The position numbers and the translations under genes were made by a program. A DNA stretch of 64,000 nt. Source: Gammaproteobacteria bacterium. GTDB lineage: Bacteria > Pseudomonadota > Gammaproteobacteria > JAJFKG01. The number at the start of each line of letters is the position of its first letter. Within the stretch, counting starts at the first letter, position 1. The stretch covers positions 2,058,503 to 2,122,502 of the forward strand of contig OZ220716.1 in NCBI GenBank assembly GCA_965116795.1, in the 5' to 3' direction. Below, piece by piece: positions 39,905 to 50,157 of this stretch. The notes beneath the pieces were generated by a model that saw only the letters and a list, made by a program, of their open reading frames with translations, was not told the DNA's origin and did not search any database.

Positions 39905-40732
39905 TTAGCGTTCTGTTAATTGATTAAGCTGTTCATAGGAAAAAATATCGCAAAATTCTGAGAAATCAGCATGATTCAATAAGTCATTACTAAGCTTTAA
40001 AAGCTTAGTTGCTATAAATCGTAAAGGTAATGATCCTATACTGATTCGCTTAACTCCAGAATTTTTTGCTTTTTCGTAATTAAGTTTGGCATCACCTAAA
40101 ATGTTGATTGGCTTTTTTAACTGGTCTGTTAACCGGCTAACATAATCAAAATCATTTAATCCTGGTATAAATAGACCATCTGCACCGGCTGACTCGTAAG
40201 CTCTTAGACGATTTAGTGTCTCTGTCTTTCGATCTTCGAATTTAATATGTTTTGCCCAATAAGTATCAGTTCTTGCATTTATGAATAATTTTTCATTCGA
40301 TTTTTCGATATGATTCTTGATAGATTGAATGCGATTAGCATGTTCATTGGCAGGCATAAGTTGATCCGGTGTATTTGGATAGCGATCTTCGATATTAATA
40401 CCAACAACACCAGCTTCGATTAACTGTTCGATATAGTTAGTTAATCTATTAACATTTTTTGTGTAACCTGCCTCAAAATCAATACTTAATGGAATTTTAA
40501 TATGTGAATTAATACGTTTTACCGTATCAATTAGTGTACTAAAAGGTAGTTTTTCACCATCTGGATAGCCAAGTGAAACTGCAATGGCAGCACTGCTTGT
40601 TGCTATGGCTTGAGCACCTGCATTTTCAAAAACTTTTGCACTAATAACATCCCAGACATTAAGTAAGATGAGTGGTTCTTTTTTATAATGAAGATTAAAA
40701 AACTGTTGGAATTTATGATCTTGTGTTCTCAT
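39905..40732 (-). CDS. Isocitrate lyase/PEP mutase family protein (moron)
   Basis: NVWDVISA, ATSSAAIA..LGYPDGE, DFEAGY, GINIED, FINARTD, AGADGLFIPG. Confidence 0.92.
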   Translation of the reverse strand: MRTQDHKFQQFFNLHYKKEPLILLNVWDVISAKVFENAGAQAIATSSAAIAVSLGYPDGEKLPFSTLIDTVKRINSHIKIPLSIDFEAGYTKNVNRLTNYIEQLIEAGVVGINIEDRYPNTPDQLMPANEHANRIQSIKNHIEKSNEKLFINARTDTYWAKHIKFEDRKTETLNRLRAYESAGADGLFIPGLNDFDYVSRLTDQLKKPINILGDAKLNYEKAKNSGVKRISIGSLPLRFIATKLLKLSNDLLNHADFSEFCDIFSYEQLNQLTER

Positions 40733-41065
40733 GAGTCTATATCTCTATTTAGATTTTTTGTTAAGTTTATTTAAAATCACAATAATGCAATTTCTTTGTC
40801 GCATAATGCTCACTTTTTGTTACTATTTTAGGTGTAATTTTCGATCACGCGACATTTCTTAGCTTATCCGGCACCCAAACTTTTTTTGTTAATTAGCATA
40901 ATGTCCACCTTGATTAGTTGCTTTCTTATGTTCAAACAGTAAGGAACGTTGGCAACTGTAATACAATTGAATTGACGATGCACGTATAACAATTACTTAT
41001 TTTGTCGGCAAATAAAATACCAAACGTCCTTTCCCCTGCCAACATGAATGTGGAGGTGAATTATC

Positions 41066-41425
41066 ATGACTATTCAATACGAGGTTAATCAGTTAACGGA
41101 ACGCCTAGCCACTGATACGGCCTTGCTACACCAGATTGTACACGGTGATGAAAAGACCATAGTTACCACCGAAGGCGGCTTAGTTAAATCCGCAGCCTAT
41201 GTTATTCATCAGTTAGAGCAAACGGTAGTAACGGCTGAGTTAGTGAGCACTGCCACAGCCAACTATCAGGTGGTCGTTGCAACGGCGGAATTAATAATAC
41301 CGGAGAAGTGGTTTATTCGTCTGTTGCAATTATTACAGCAACAACTGGCGTGTGAAGCGGCGTTAGTGCTGATGGATTTGCGAACGTTACCGGCGACCGA
41401 TAAGGATTTATCTGAAACAATATAG
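41066..41425 (+). CDS. Tail-fibre adaptor-like protein, paralog of 43220-43750
   Basis: LHQIVHGDEKTIVTTEGGLVKSAA vs LHEIVHGDEQTVVTTDGGEVNSPA. Confidence 0.6.
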   Translation: MTIQYEVNQLTERLATDTALLHQIVHGDEKTIVTTEGGLVKSAAYVIHQLEQTVVTAELVSTATANYQVVVATAELIIPEKWFIRLLQLLQQQLACEAALVLMDLRTLPATDKDLSETI

Positions 41426-41435
41426 GACTATCACC

Positions 41436-42671
41436 ATGCCAACCCCAACCGAAACCGAAACTGAAACAGCGACTCCAACTGAAATCGAAGCAACCACTTC
41501 ACCGACTGAGTTAACCGCGCTTGGCAGTGACATTCGTTCACTGCGCGATACATCGCGCACCTTGGTGGATACTGTCACCCATAAAATCGATGACATCACT
41601 GCGCAGCTTGATTTGAAAAAACAAGAAATCGATAACTTCATTGCCACCTTGTGTTTAGATGATACTGTACTGGAAGTGGGTGAAGATAAAGATTACCCCA
41701 CCCCGCAAGCGGCGTGGGATTACTTGGTTGAGAAGAAATTGCGTGGCAAGATTATCATTCGCCTTTACCCAGGCGAATATGCGGTTAACAAAATTGAATT
41801 TGCTCACCAACCTGATGCGAGCCACGTACAAGTAGAAACGGTTTCTGATGTCGATGGGGAGACGGTGATCCGCTTTATCCCCGATGAGGACGGTAAATCC
41901 CATGGCTGGTTTTTCTTTAACGTGCGCCATATTCGTTTCTCTGGCAAACTTAAATTCGTTGGTCACGGTGCTGATACCCATCGGGCTGTCTATGTCGCCG
42001 AACACAGTTTTATTCTTTTTGATGAGCATACTTTAAGCATTGACAACTGCAATATTGGTGTAGAGGTATTACGCGGTGGGATTTTGTTAGCAGACTATAC
42101 CACTATGACGCAAGTAAATGGGGGCGTTTATGTCTACACGGGTGGCATTGGACTTTTGCAACACCTTTATGCGCAAGGTGTTGACCGCAAGACCTCTTCA
42201 AATGGAGCAATCTGTTTTGATGGGGGTACGTTATACACCATGAACAGCCAGGTAAAGGGCTTTAACTTAGGCTATTCAGCTCATCGTAGCAATTCCCTGG
42301 TGATAGCTAATCAATCAGCCGTAGAAGATTGTACGGTTGGGTTTGGTGCGTATGGGGGTGAGATGTTTGTACATGGTGATGGTGAAAATGACGCGACACG
42401 TGGGTTAGCTACCGACTGTGATGATGGCGTACAAGCGAATAATCGTGGACTTGTGTATTCACCCTGGTTAGCCGTACAAAACTGTAATCGCGCATTTGCG
42501 GCAGAGGACCTTTCTTATATCATGGCTGAACTCACCAAAGTCAGCAACTGCAAAGAAGGCTATGTCGCTGTGGCCAACTCAGTAATACGAGCATTTAGCA
42601 CCAGCGGTAATTTGGTCAATGTCCCCAGCCCGCATGTGACTGTTGAGGGTGGATTAGTACGCCACTCTTAA
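41436..42671 (+). CDS. Putative beta-helix (pectin-lyase-like) tailspike
   Basis: Coiled N-terminus, VGEDKDYPTPQAA..IIRLYPGEY cap motif, recurrent C.xG beta-helix rungs. Confidence 0.65.
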   Translation: MPTPTETETETATPTEIEATTSPTELTALGSDIRSLRDTSRTLVDTVTHKIDDITAQLDLKKQEIDNFIATLCLDDTVLEVGEDKDYPTPQAAWDYLVEKKLRGKIIIRLYPGEYAVNKIEFAHQPDASHVQVETVSDVDGETVIRFIPDEDGKSHGWFFFNVRHIRFSGKLKFVGHGADTHRAVYVAEHSFILFDEHTLSIDNCNIGVEVLRGGILLADYTTMTQVNGGVYVYTGGIGLLQHLYAQGVDRKTSSNGAICFDGGTLYTMNSQVKGFNLGYSAHRSNSLVIANQSAVEDCTVGFGAYGGEMFVHGDGENDATRGLATDCDDGVQANNRGLVYSPWLAVQNCNRAFAAEDLSYIMAELTKVSNCKEGYVAVANSVIRAFSTSGNLVNVPSPHVTVEGGLVRHS

Positions 42672-42702
42672 TCAGAGCAATCCACAAAGATGAAACAACA
42701 AC

Positions 42703-43176
42703 ATGATAACTTGGCCAGACAAACTCCCCTTCCCCACGGTTGAGGGTTACAGTATTCAACCAGGCGATGCGATTGTGCGCACCGATATGGAAGCAGGCTC
42801 TGCGCGTCAACGCCGCCGCTTCACCCAAGTTCCCAGTCGTATTCAAGTACGCTGGCTGATGTCACAAACCCAGTTTGCGATATTTGAAGCGTGGTACCGC
42901 TGGGAAGCCAAAGAAGGGGGTGCCTGGTTTGATATTACATTGCTAGGTGGTTTGGGTTTGTTATCGCAACAAGCCCGTTTTACCCAATCATTTCAAACAC
43001 AACTGGTCACCGGCACGTTATGGGAAATTCGTACCGAACTTGAAGTGCGTGAACGCCCTGTTCTTAATCCTGGCACATTACATCTGTTGTTAACCGAAGA
43101 CATGCAGGGATTGACAAATGCCATTGATGGCTTGCATCGGTTGGTGCATTACACCTTGCCAAGTTATTTTCATTAA
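42703..43176 (+). CDS. Distal tail (Dit/gpM-like) protein
   Basis: WPDKLPFP..EGYS...RTDMEAGSARQRRRFT...GGAWF. Confidence 0.75.
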   Translation: MITWPDKLPFPTVEGYSIQPGDAIVRTDMEAGSARQRRRFTQVPSRIQVRWLMSQTQFAIFEAWYRWEAKEGGAWFDITLLGGLGLLSQQARFTQSFQTQLVTGTLWEIRTELEVRERPVLNPGTLHLLLTEDMQGLTNAIDGLHRLVHYTLPSYFH

Positions 43177-43219
43177 TGGGTTGTATTTAACAATCTATCA
43201 TCAGCGTTAAGAGTAAGCT

Positions 43220-43750
43220 ATGACATTACAAAAGGATTTAGAGCAAGCGGTTGCGCAAGTCACCCAAGACAGTCAAACGCTACATGAGATTGTGCATGGG
43301 GATGAGCAAACAGTGGTAACTACTGACGGGGGTGAGGTTAACTCCCCTGCCAAAGTCATCTTTGACATGGAGCAACAGATTCAACAACAGTTATCCGACT
43401 TAAACGTGACTTTAGTGGCATTGAATGATGCCGTAGCACAAGCAGAACACTACGCAGGTGACGCCAAGCAACAAGCACAAGTTGTTGCAACCACAGTGGG
43501 CACAGTGAATCTCCCGGCAGATTTAACTGGAGGTGGGGGTCAGTTGTTAGCGGTCAACGCTAAAGAAAATGGCTATACCCTAACGCAATCCAGTAGCACC
43601 GTATATGGTTTTTCTAAAGAAGGCGCAAAGCTTAAGGTGCATATCAATGAAAAGCACTGTGATGCCAATAGTTTTTTAACCTACTGCATTGCGCCGGTAG
43701 GTATTGCAGTTGAAATAGATACACGCGGACATCTATTAATAACCTGCTAG
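43220..43750 (+). CDS. Tail-associated hypothetical protein
   Basis: In the tail operon; shares its N-terminus with 41066-41425. Confidence 0.65.
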   Translation: MTLQKDLEQAVAQVTQDSQTLHEIVHGDEQTVVTTDGGEVNSPAKVIFDMEQQIQQQLSDLNVTLVALNDAVAQAEHYAGDAKQQAQVVATTVGTVNLPADLTGGGGQLLAVNAKENGYTLTQSSSTVYGFSKEGAKLKVHINEKHCDANSFLTYCIAPVGIAVEIDTRGHLLITC

Positions 43751-43778
43751 TGAGCAAACCAGTTAACATGAGGTCAGC

Positions 43779-45443
43779 ATGACAATTTTAGATTTAGGCA
43801 ACATCCGCATGAATTGGTGCGGCGCGTATGACAATGATACCGCTTACGTGCGTGATGATGTGGTTTCTTATCATGGCTCAAGCTTTATTGCTAAGCGCGA
43901 TGTGGTTGAGGTTACTCCTACTGTTGGCGATGACTGGGATATGTTAGCCGCTGGCACGCATCAACTGATTGAACAAGGTGACTTGTTAACGCACGATGGC
44001 AATGCCACGATACGCTTACCCTGTGGAAACCCAGGCCAAGTATTACAAGCTGGTGATAACCAGCAACCACAATGGCGTGATGTAGGATTGCATCCTTCAC
44101 AAGCGGTGTGGCAATTGGCACAGGTTAATGGTTTAGGCGGTTGGTATACTCGTGTCTATCTCATGCGTGATGGATTGATTAAAGCCTGTGGCTTAGGCAA
44201 TAATTACAGCAATGGAGACCCTAATGCTAGCCATACTTACTTGCCGAGTCGGGTAGCGGCTTTAAATAATGAGGTGCGTTTTGTAAACGTTTTCTCTGGC
44301 GGTCAGCAACATTATGCATTAACACAAGAAGGCGACGTATGGGCATGGGGATTTAATAACTATGGTCAGTTGGGGCATGGTGATACGTTGCATCGCAGTA
44401 TGATGCGACGCATTGATTTTTTCTTCAACAATGACATCAAAATTAAACACATTGTCACCGGTCGACCCAATCACTTTGATTACGGATGTGCATTTTTCTT
44501 AACAACCGACGGTGACGTTTATGCGTGTGGTTATAATGGTCAAGGGTCATTAGGTAATGGCACCACTGCCAACCAATACACGCCGGTACGTTGTGGGGCA
44601 TTAACTAACATCGTGAGCTTATCAGTATCAGGCTTACCCTACAGTGTGTATGCGGTTGATGAAGACAAGCAACTGTGGGTATGGGGGTGGAATGCCAATG
44701 GTCAGTTAGGATTGGGCGATACCACCGAGCGTCACAGCCCTATTTTGCATCCCACCTTACGTAACGTCGCCAAAGCGGTGATTACCTGTGGTTATCAGAC
44801 AGATGGTAAAAATCCTACGGGTAATGGATTAGTGTTATTAGCTGATGGCACCCTGTGGTCAACCGGTTACAACGGCTATGGTCAGTTAGGGCATGGGGAT
44901 ACAACGACGCGTAATAGCTTCGCTCAAATCCAACATGCGTCAACGTTCGCGGATATTGTTACAGGTGATGGACGTTACCCAAGTTCTGCTGCTATCACTG
45001 ATAAGCGTGAATTATATCTGTGGGGATACAATAACTACGGACAATTAGGCACAGGCAATACGTCGCATCAACATTCGCCGACTAAACCGAGTAGCGATTT
45101 CCAAGGGAGTGTAGATAAAGTGTGTTTTGGCGGTGGTGCCAGTTATGAAGGTTGCATTGTTCAAAGTGGCAATGCGTTATGGGCCGCTGGTTACAGTGAG
45201 CGCGGTAATCTTGGGACAAGCTCAAAGTCTGGCACCAACAATCAATTCAAACACGTATTAGGTCAATCCGGCGAGATTGAAGACTGGGCGTGCTTCGGTC
45301 AAGGCCAGACAGATTGGGGGTTAGGAGTGCTCTACACTGATGGACGTGTGGATGCATGCGGGCACAATACGAGTTACGGTGCAACCGGCACGCAAAGTGA
45401 CAACTTGCACAATGTGTTGGTACTTAAGAACGTAATTTTTTAG
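43779..45443 (+). CDS. RCC1/BLIP-II repeat protein, putative receptor-binding protein
   Basis: Repeated WG.NNYGQLG.G motifs; N-terminal Y..DDVVSYHGSSF module. Confidence 0.9.
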   Translation: MTILDLGNIRMNWCGAYDNDTAYVRDDVVSYHGSSFIAKRDVVEVTPTVGDDWDMLAAGTHQLIEQGDLLTHDGNATIRLPCGNPGQVLQAGDNQQPQWRDVGLHPSQAVWQLAQVNGLGGWYTRVYLMRDGLIKACGLGNNYSNGDPNASHTYLPSRVAALNNEVRFVNVFSGGQQHYALTQEGDVWAWGFNNYGQLGHGDTLHRSMMRRIDFFFNNDIKIKHIVTGRPNHFDYGCAFFLTTDGDVYACGYNGQGSLGNGTTANQYTPVRCGALTNIVSLSVSGLPYSVYAVDEDKQLWVWGWNANGQLGLGDTTERHSPILHPTLRNVAKAVITCGYQTDGKNPTGNGLVLLADGTLWSTGYNGYGQLGHGDTTTRNSFAQIQHASTFADIVTGDGRYPSSAAITDKRELYLWGYNNYGQLGTGNTSHQHSPTKPSSDFQGSVDKVCFGGGASYEGCIVQSGNALWAAGYSERGNLGTSSKSGTNNQFKHVLGQSGEIEDWACFGQGQTDWGLGVLYTDGRVDACGHNTSYGATGTQSDNLHNVLVLKNVIF

Positions 45444-45448
45444 AAAGG

Positions 45449-45955
45449 ATGAATGAAACCATGACAGGTAGAATTAAATCGTATTTACACAATCGGCAAC
45501 CGCAATTTACAGAAAGCACGGTGCCACCGATTTGTTTAGGCGACATCAATGGACGAGTATATTATGCGTTTTCTCATGGAGCAAAAATACCATCAGGTGG
45601 CAAAACCGTAACAAAGAATGAGCATCACGCTCTGCAAGAAAATAGCATGCTTATCAAACAAGTCAAAGCCGAAGCGATGCGACGCATCTTAAACGTTGCG
45701 CCGTACTGGAAACAAAATAATGCGTTAGCGGATTTATGTGTATTGAATAACAAAACTGATTTAACCGATGAAGAAACATTACGTTTGGGCAATGCTAAAC
45801 AATTGTGGGCAACGATTCAGTATTTACGTAAACGCTCTGATGACATTGAGGCAGCCTTATTACAAGGAGACGCTATCGATTATATGCAGGATTCAGCTTG
45901 GGAAGAACAAACGCAAGAGAAAGCAGAAGCACAACAAACCCAAGCGACAACGTAA
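45449..45955 (+). CDS. Tail fibre chaperone-like hypothetical protein
   Basis: VKAEAMRRIL..AP.WKQ.N...RKRSDDIEA...W motif; follows the RCC1 gene. Confidence 0.55.
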   Translation: MNETMTGRIKSYLHNRQPQFTESTVPPICLGDINGRVYYAFSHGAKIPSGGKTVTKNEHHALQENSMLIKQVKAEAMRRILNVAPYWKQNNALADLCVLNNKTDLTDEETLRLGNAKQLWATIQYLRKRSDDIEAALLQGDAIDYMQDSAWEEQTQEKAEAQQTQATT

Positions 45956-45957
45956 GT

Positions 45958-46500
45958 ATGCCAGACCCAACCCTCAGTCAAGCTATCCAAGAAGCCTATG
46001 CCTCATCGCCTAGCGATGTGGTGATACTCCATACATTAGAATTGCGTCATCCCAAATTTGTCGATGATGAGGGTAACGTCATGGCAGTGAGGTTGGTAAG
46101 AGATTATCAAAACCTGCAAGCGACGCTTGAAGAGACTGCACCGCTCAATGCCAATGAAACCGTGACATTCATTGCGATGAGCTTTGAGTTGAGTTTGCCA
46201 ACAGTGGATACCGCACCGGTGCCCGAGATTACCGTGACGATTGACAACGTTAGTGGCGAGCTAATGAAACACCTGGATGCGGCTGTTGATAGTGGCGATA
46301 AAATTGAAGTGACATATCGCCCTTATCTAAGTAACGATACATCGACTCCACACATGGTGCCACCAATAACACTGGTGCTAAGTGATGTCGAAGCCGATGT
46401 CATGCGTATTGTGGGACGTGCCAGAATGCTCGATATTGGTAATAAGCGATTTCCAGCTAAATGCTATACGTTAAGACAGTTTCCTGGTTTGGCACGTTAA
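45958..46500 (+). CDS. DUF1833-like tail tip protein
   Basis: AIQEAYAS, HTLELRHP, IDNVS, YRPYLS, FPGL; start revised to ATG 45958. Confidence 0.85.
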   Translation: MPDPTLSQAIQEAYASSPSDVVILHTLELRHPKFVDDEGNVMAVRLVRDYQNLQATLEETAPLNANETVTFIAMSFELSLPTVDTAPVPEITVTIDNVSGELMKHLDAAVDSGDKIEVTYRPYLSNDTSTPHMVPPITLVLSDVEADVMRIVGRARMLDIGNKRFPAKCYTLRQFPGLAR

Positions 46501-46545
46501 TAAAGGCATGTGTTAACTGTGTAACATGCTTGAACTTATGCAACA

Positions 46546-46962
46546 TCAAAAGGCTGGCTTAAGATTAACAGGTTCTAATAGTGCAATTATTTCAAAAAAA
46601 TCGTTTTCTTTGGCAATATCTAGTGCGGTATGGTCTTTGTTGTTTTGTGTATCGACTGCGCCGTAATTTAACAGCGCTTCTACAATATCTTTATTGTTAA
46701 GTTCTACAGCAATATGCAGAGGCGTATCACCTTCATTCGTAACACAGTTTACACTGGCTTTTCCCTTATCAACTAAAAACTGTATCATTTCGAGATTACC
46801 GTTAGATGTAGCATGATGCATTGCTGCCCAACCTTCTTCTGAATCGACAAGCTCAACGTAATAGTCGAAATCATCTTCCTCTATTTCCGCCGATAACTCT
46901 TTTAATTTTTCTAAATCATTATCCATTGCTGCATCTAGTATAGAGTGGGGGCCAAATGCCAT
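46546..46962 (-). CDS. Acidic ankyrin-repeat protein (moron)
   Basis: GWAAMHHATSNGNLEMIQFLV, GDTPLHIAV, HTALDIA; own TTGCTA-N16-TATAAT promoter and AGGAG RBS. Confidence 0.93.
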   Translation of the reverse strand: MAFGPHSILDAAMDNDLEKLKELSAEIEEDDFDYYVELVDSEEGWAAMHHATSNGNLEMIQFLVDKGKASVNCVTNEGDTPLHIAVELNNKDIVEALLNYGAVDTQNNKDHTALDIAKENDFFEIIALLEPVNLKPAF

Positions 46963-47098
46963 GATATTTTCTCCTGTTATAAATAAAACAATTACTTAGG
47001 AATAAACGGATAGCAACTCAAACTGATTAGCAGATATTATAGACTATCCTAAATTCATAGCAATCGACAAATAAGGATGGCCACAAAATAGGGGCTTT

Positions 47099-47515
47099 AT
47101 GATGCATTGGGCTTGTGATTACATTGGTCTACCCTGGCAATCAGGCGGCAGAGATAAAGCAGGATTTGATTGCTGGGGATTGGTGAAGCACATACAACAA
47201 TACCACTTCAATCGACTACTATCTGATATTCCAGTCGATGCAAATAATTTAACAAGTGTTGCTAAAGCGTTTAAACAACATCCTGAGAAGCAACGCTGGC
47301 AATTAACTGACAATCCAGTTGAGGGTGATGCGGTATTATTATGTCAATCACGTTATCCGATTCATGTTGGGATATGGATTGCCATCAATGCGACTGAACA
47401 AGGCGTACTGCATTGTGTACAAAACAGTGGCGTGGTGTTTCAAACCATTAACAGTTTGCACGTATCGGGTTGGCACATTGAGGGTGTTTATAAATTTCAA
47501 GGGAATTCACTGTAA
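47099..47515 (+). CDS. NlpC/P60 tail tip protein (gpK-like)
   Basis: YIGLPW, FDCWGLV, HVGIW, VLHC. Confidence 0.9.
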   Translation: MMHWACDYIGLPWQSGGRDKAGFDCWGLVKHIQQYHFNRLLSDIPVDANNLTSVAKAFKQHPEKQRWQLTDNPVEGDAVLLCQSRYPIHVGIWIAINATEQGVLHCVQNSGVVFQTINSLHVSGWHIEGVYKFQGNSL

Positions 47516-49776
47516 TGGCGCACATTGTTATTCTGCATAACCCTTTTTTGTGTGAGCGTTGGCGAGAGCTGATTACTGTTGATCATCCCATCCCCATTGC
47601 AATGTGGTTAACGCGAACCAATGTTGTTACATTTGAATTGCCGACAATTTGTTTAGTCAATGGCAATCCATTGTTACGTCAAGATTGGCAAACGACAATG
47701 ATACAGGCCAATGATGTTGTGACTTTCATCACGCTGCCACAAGGGGGCGGTGGTGGTGGCAGTAAAATCTTGCGCTCTGTATTAATGATTGCGGTAATGG
47801 TAGCCGCCCCTGCGATTGGAGGTGCTGTTGCCGCAGGACTTGGCATTACCAGTAGCATTGGTGTTGGCTTAGTTACCGCCGGTGTAGCATTAGCCGGTAC
47901 CGCATTAGTTAATGTATTAGTGCCACCCCCAATGGCCTCTATTCATGGCTTTGATAATACCCCGGCACCGAGTCCTACGTATTCATTGCAAGCCAGGGGC
48001 AATCAGGCAAGATTAAGTCAACCGATTCCGGTGATTTACGGCAGGCACATTGTGTATCCTGATTTGGCCAGTACGCCCTACTCTCATTATGCCAACAATG
48101 AACAATACCTCTATCAATTACATTGCATTGGCCAAGGCGAGTATGACATCGAGTCCATTCGTATTGAAGATACACCGATTAGTTCCTTTCAGGAAATTAC
48201 TTATGAAGTAGTGCCACCTGGTGGCAATGTGACGTTGTTTTCGGCGAATGTGATTACCGCAGCGGAAGTCGCGGGGCAAGAGTTATTATCAACAGGTGAT
48301 GGCGGTGGTTATGTTGGTGGCTTTGTGGTGAATCCGGCTGATACGGTTGCAACGCAATTGAGCATCGATATTATCATGCCGCGAGGGTTGTATTATGCAA
48401 ATGATGGTGGTGGTTTAGATGCACGCACCATAACGTGGATAGTTGAGGCAAGACAAATTAATGATGAGGGTAGCCCACTACATGATTGGCAGCGCTTAGG
48501 TAGTGAAACCATGACGGCAGCGACTAATACACTACAACGGTTAACTTATCATTACACGGTTGCACCAGGGCGTTATGAAGTAAGAGCGCTTAGAACGAAT
48601 AATAAAGATACATCCGCGCGTAGCGGTAATGAATTACGTTGGGCAGGATTAAAGGCAACGCTCAATCAACGTGCTGATATGGGTAATGTAACCTTGCTGG
48701 CCATTAAAATGCGTGCCACGGATAATTTATCACAGCGTGCATCACGGTTAGTTAATTGCATTGTTACACGTAAACTGCCAATGTGGAGTAAGCAAACGGG
48801 TTGGAGTGCACCGAAAGCCACACGCTCTATTGCTTGGGCGTTAGCGGATATTGCCAGCAGTGAATACGGCGGTAATTTACCGGACAGTCGTATTGATTTG
48901 GGAGCGTTAGCAAATTTAGATGCAACATGGCATGCACGTGGTGACTGTTTTGATGCGGTGTTCGACCAACCGATTACAGTGTGGGAAGCGTTAACACGGG
49001 TGGCACGGTGTGGGCGTGCAGTGTGTTTTATGCAGACGGGGATTGTGCGGTTCGTTAGAGATGAGCCAAGAGAAATTCCAGTCGCCCTCTTCTCACCACG
49101 CAATATTGTTAAACACAGTTTAAAACTGCATTATCTATTAGCTAGTGATGATACTGCCGACAGTGTGATTGTCGAATACTTTTGTAACCAAACTTGGCGA
49201 CCGGATGAAGTTGAAGTCAGTTTACCCAATAGCACCAGTGAACAACCGGCACGCGTCAGATTGTTTGGTTGCACCGATAAACAACAGGCCATACGTGAAG
49301 GTAAGTATATGGCAGCGACGAATCACTATCGTAGACGGCTCGTTACCTTTCAGACGGAATTAGAAGGATTAATCCCAACGTATGGCGATTTGATTGCGAT
49401 TACGCACGATATGCCATCTTGGGGGCAAGGTGCTGAAGTTGTTAGTGTTGAAGGTAACATACTTACGTTATCGGAGCTATTAACGTGGGATGAAGATAAA
49501 CTTAACGAACATGTCATTGGCCTGCGCAAGCAAGATGGCAGTGTCAGTGGAACATATCCAGTGTTGCCTGGTAATAACGCTAATCAAGCCATCATTCAAG
49601 GTAACTTTGATTTCAAACCCTACACCGGTGAATCGCAAGAGCGCACGCATGTCGCCTTTGGTGTTGGCAATGAGTGGAGCACGTTAGCTCGCGTTACCGC
49701 TGTGCGTCCCAGAGGTGATGTGATTGAAATCAGCGCTGTTACCGAACACCCAGCGGTGCATACGGCTGACGCATAA
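47515..49776 (+). CDS. Tail tip/host specificity protein (gpI-J-like)
   Basis: PQGGGGG, NQARLSQPIPVIYG, TRSIAWALADI, FDAVFD. Confidence 0.9.
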   Translation: MAHIVILHNPFLCERWRELITVDHPIPIAMWLTRTNVVTFELPTICLVNGNPLLRQDWQTTMIQANDVVTFITLPQGGGGGGSKILRSVLMIAVMVAAPAIGGAVAAGLGITSSIGVGLVTAGVALAGTALVNVLVPPPMASIHGFDNTPAPSPTYSLQARGNQARLSQPIPVIYGRHIVYPDLASTPYSHYANNEQYLYQLHCIGQGEYDIESIRIEDTPISSFQEITYEVVPPGGNVTLFSANVITAAEVAGQELLSTGDGGGYVGGFVVNPADTVATQLSIDIIMPRGLYYANDGGGLDARTITWIVEARQINDEGSPLHDWQRLGSETMTAATNTLQRLTYHYTVAPGRYEVRALRTNNKDTSARSGNELRWAGLKATLNQRADMGNVTLLAIKMRATDNLSQRASRLVNCIVTRKLPMWSKQTGWSAPKATRSIAWALADIASSEYGGNLPDSRIDLGALANLDATWHARGDCFDAVFDQPITVWEALTRVARCGRAVCFMQTGIVRFVRDEPREIPVALFSPRNIVKHSLKLHYLLASDDTADSVIVEYFCNQTWRPDEVEVSLPNSTSEQPARVRLFGCTDKQQAIREGKYMAATNHYRRRLVTFQTELEGLIPTYGDLIAITHDMPSWGQGAEVVSVEGNILTLSELLTWDEDKLNEHVIGLRKQDGSVSGTYPVLPGNNANQAIIQGNFDFKPYTGESQERTHVAFGVGNEWSTLARVTAVRPRGDVIEISAVTEHPAVHTADA

Positions 49777-49839
49777 CATTTAATTCATTTATTTTTTTCA
49801 ATCCAATTTTATTTAACTTTGTAACAGAGGGAAATCACT

Positions 49840-50142
49840 ATGGAAATCAAAAAAACCAAATCATCTCAAGATGGCATCAAATTAACACAAGCTGAACTTG
49901 ACGACTTAATTGAACAAGCGTCAACACGCGGTGCACGCAAAGCACTCATTGAAATGGGCTTGATGGATGATACAGTCAATGACTTGCGTACCTTGCGTGG
50001 ACTAGCAAAAACCCTCAAGACAATGCAACACACGTTTGTGCAAACGATGGTGCGCTGGTTAACAATTGGGATGTTGGTGCTCTTCTTTGCGGGGATTTCA
50101 GGGAAGCTGGATTCACTTTTTCATTTAAACAATGGCAAATAA
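49840..50142 (+). CDS. Single-TM lysis-region protein (DUF6127-like)
   Basis: ASTRGARKALIEMGL..DLRTLRGL; C-terminal TM segment. Confidence 0.65.
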   Translation: MEIKKTKSSQDGIKLTQAELDDLIEQASTRGARKALIEMGLMDDTVNDLRTLRGLAKTLKTMQHTFVQTMVRWLTIGMLVLFFAGISGKLDSLFHLNNGK

Positions 50143-50157
50143 ACAAGGAATAAAATA

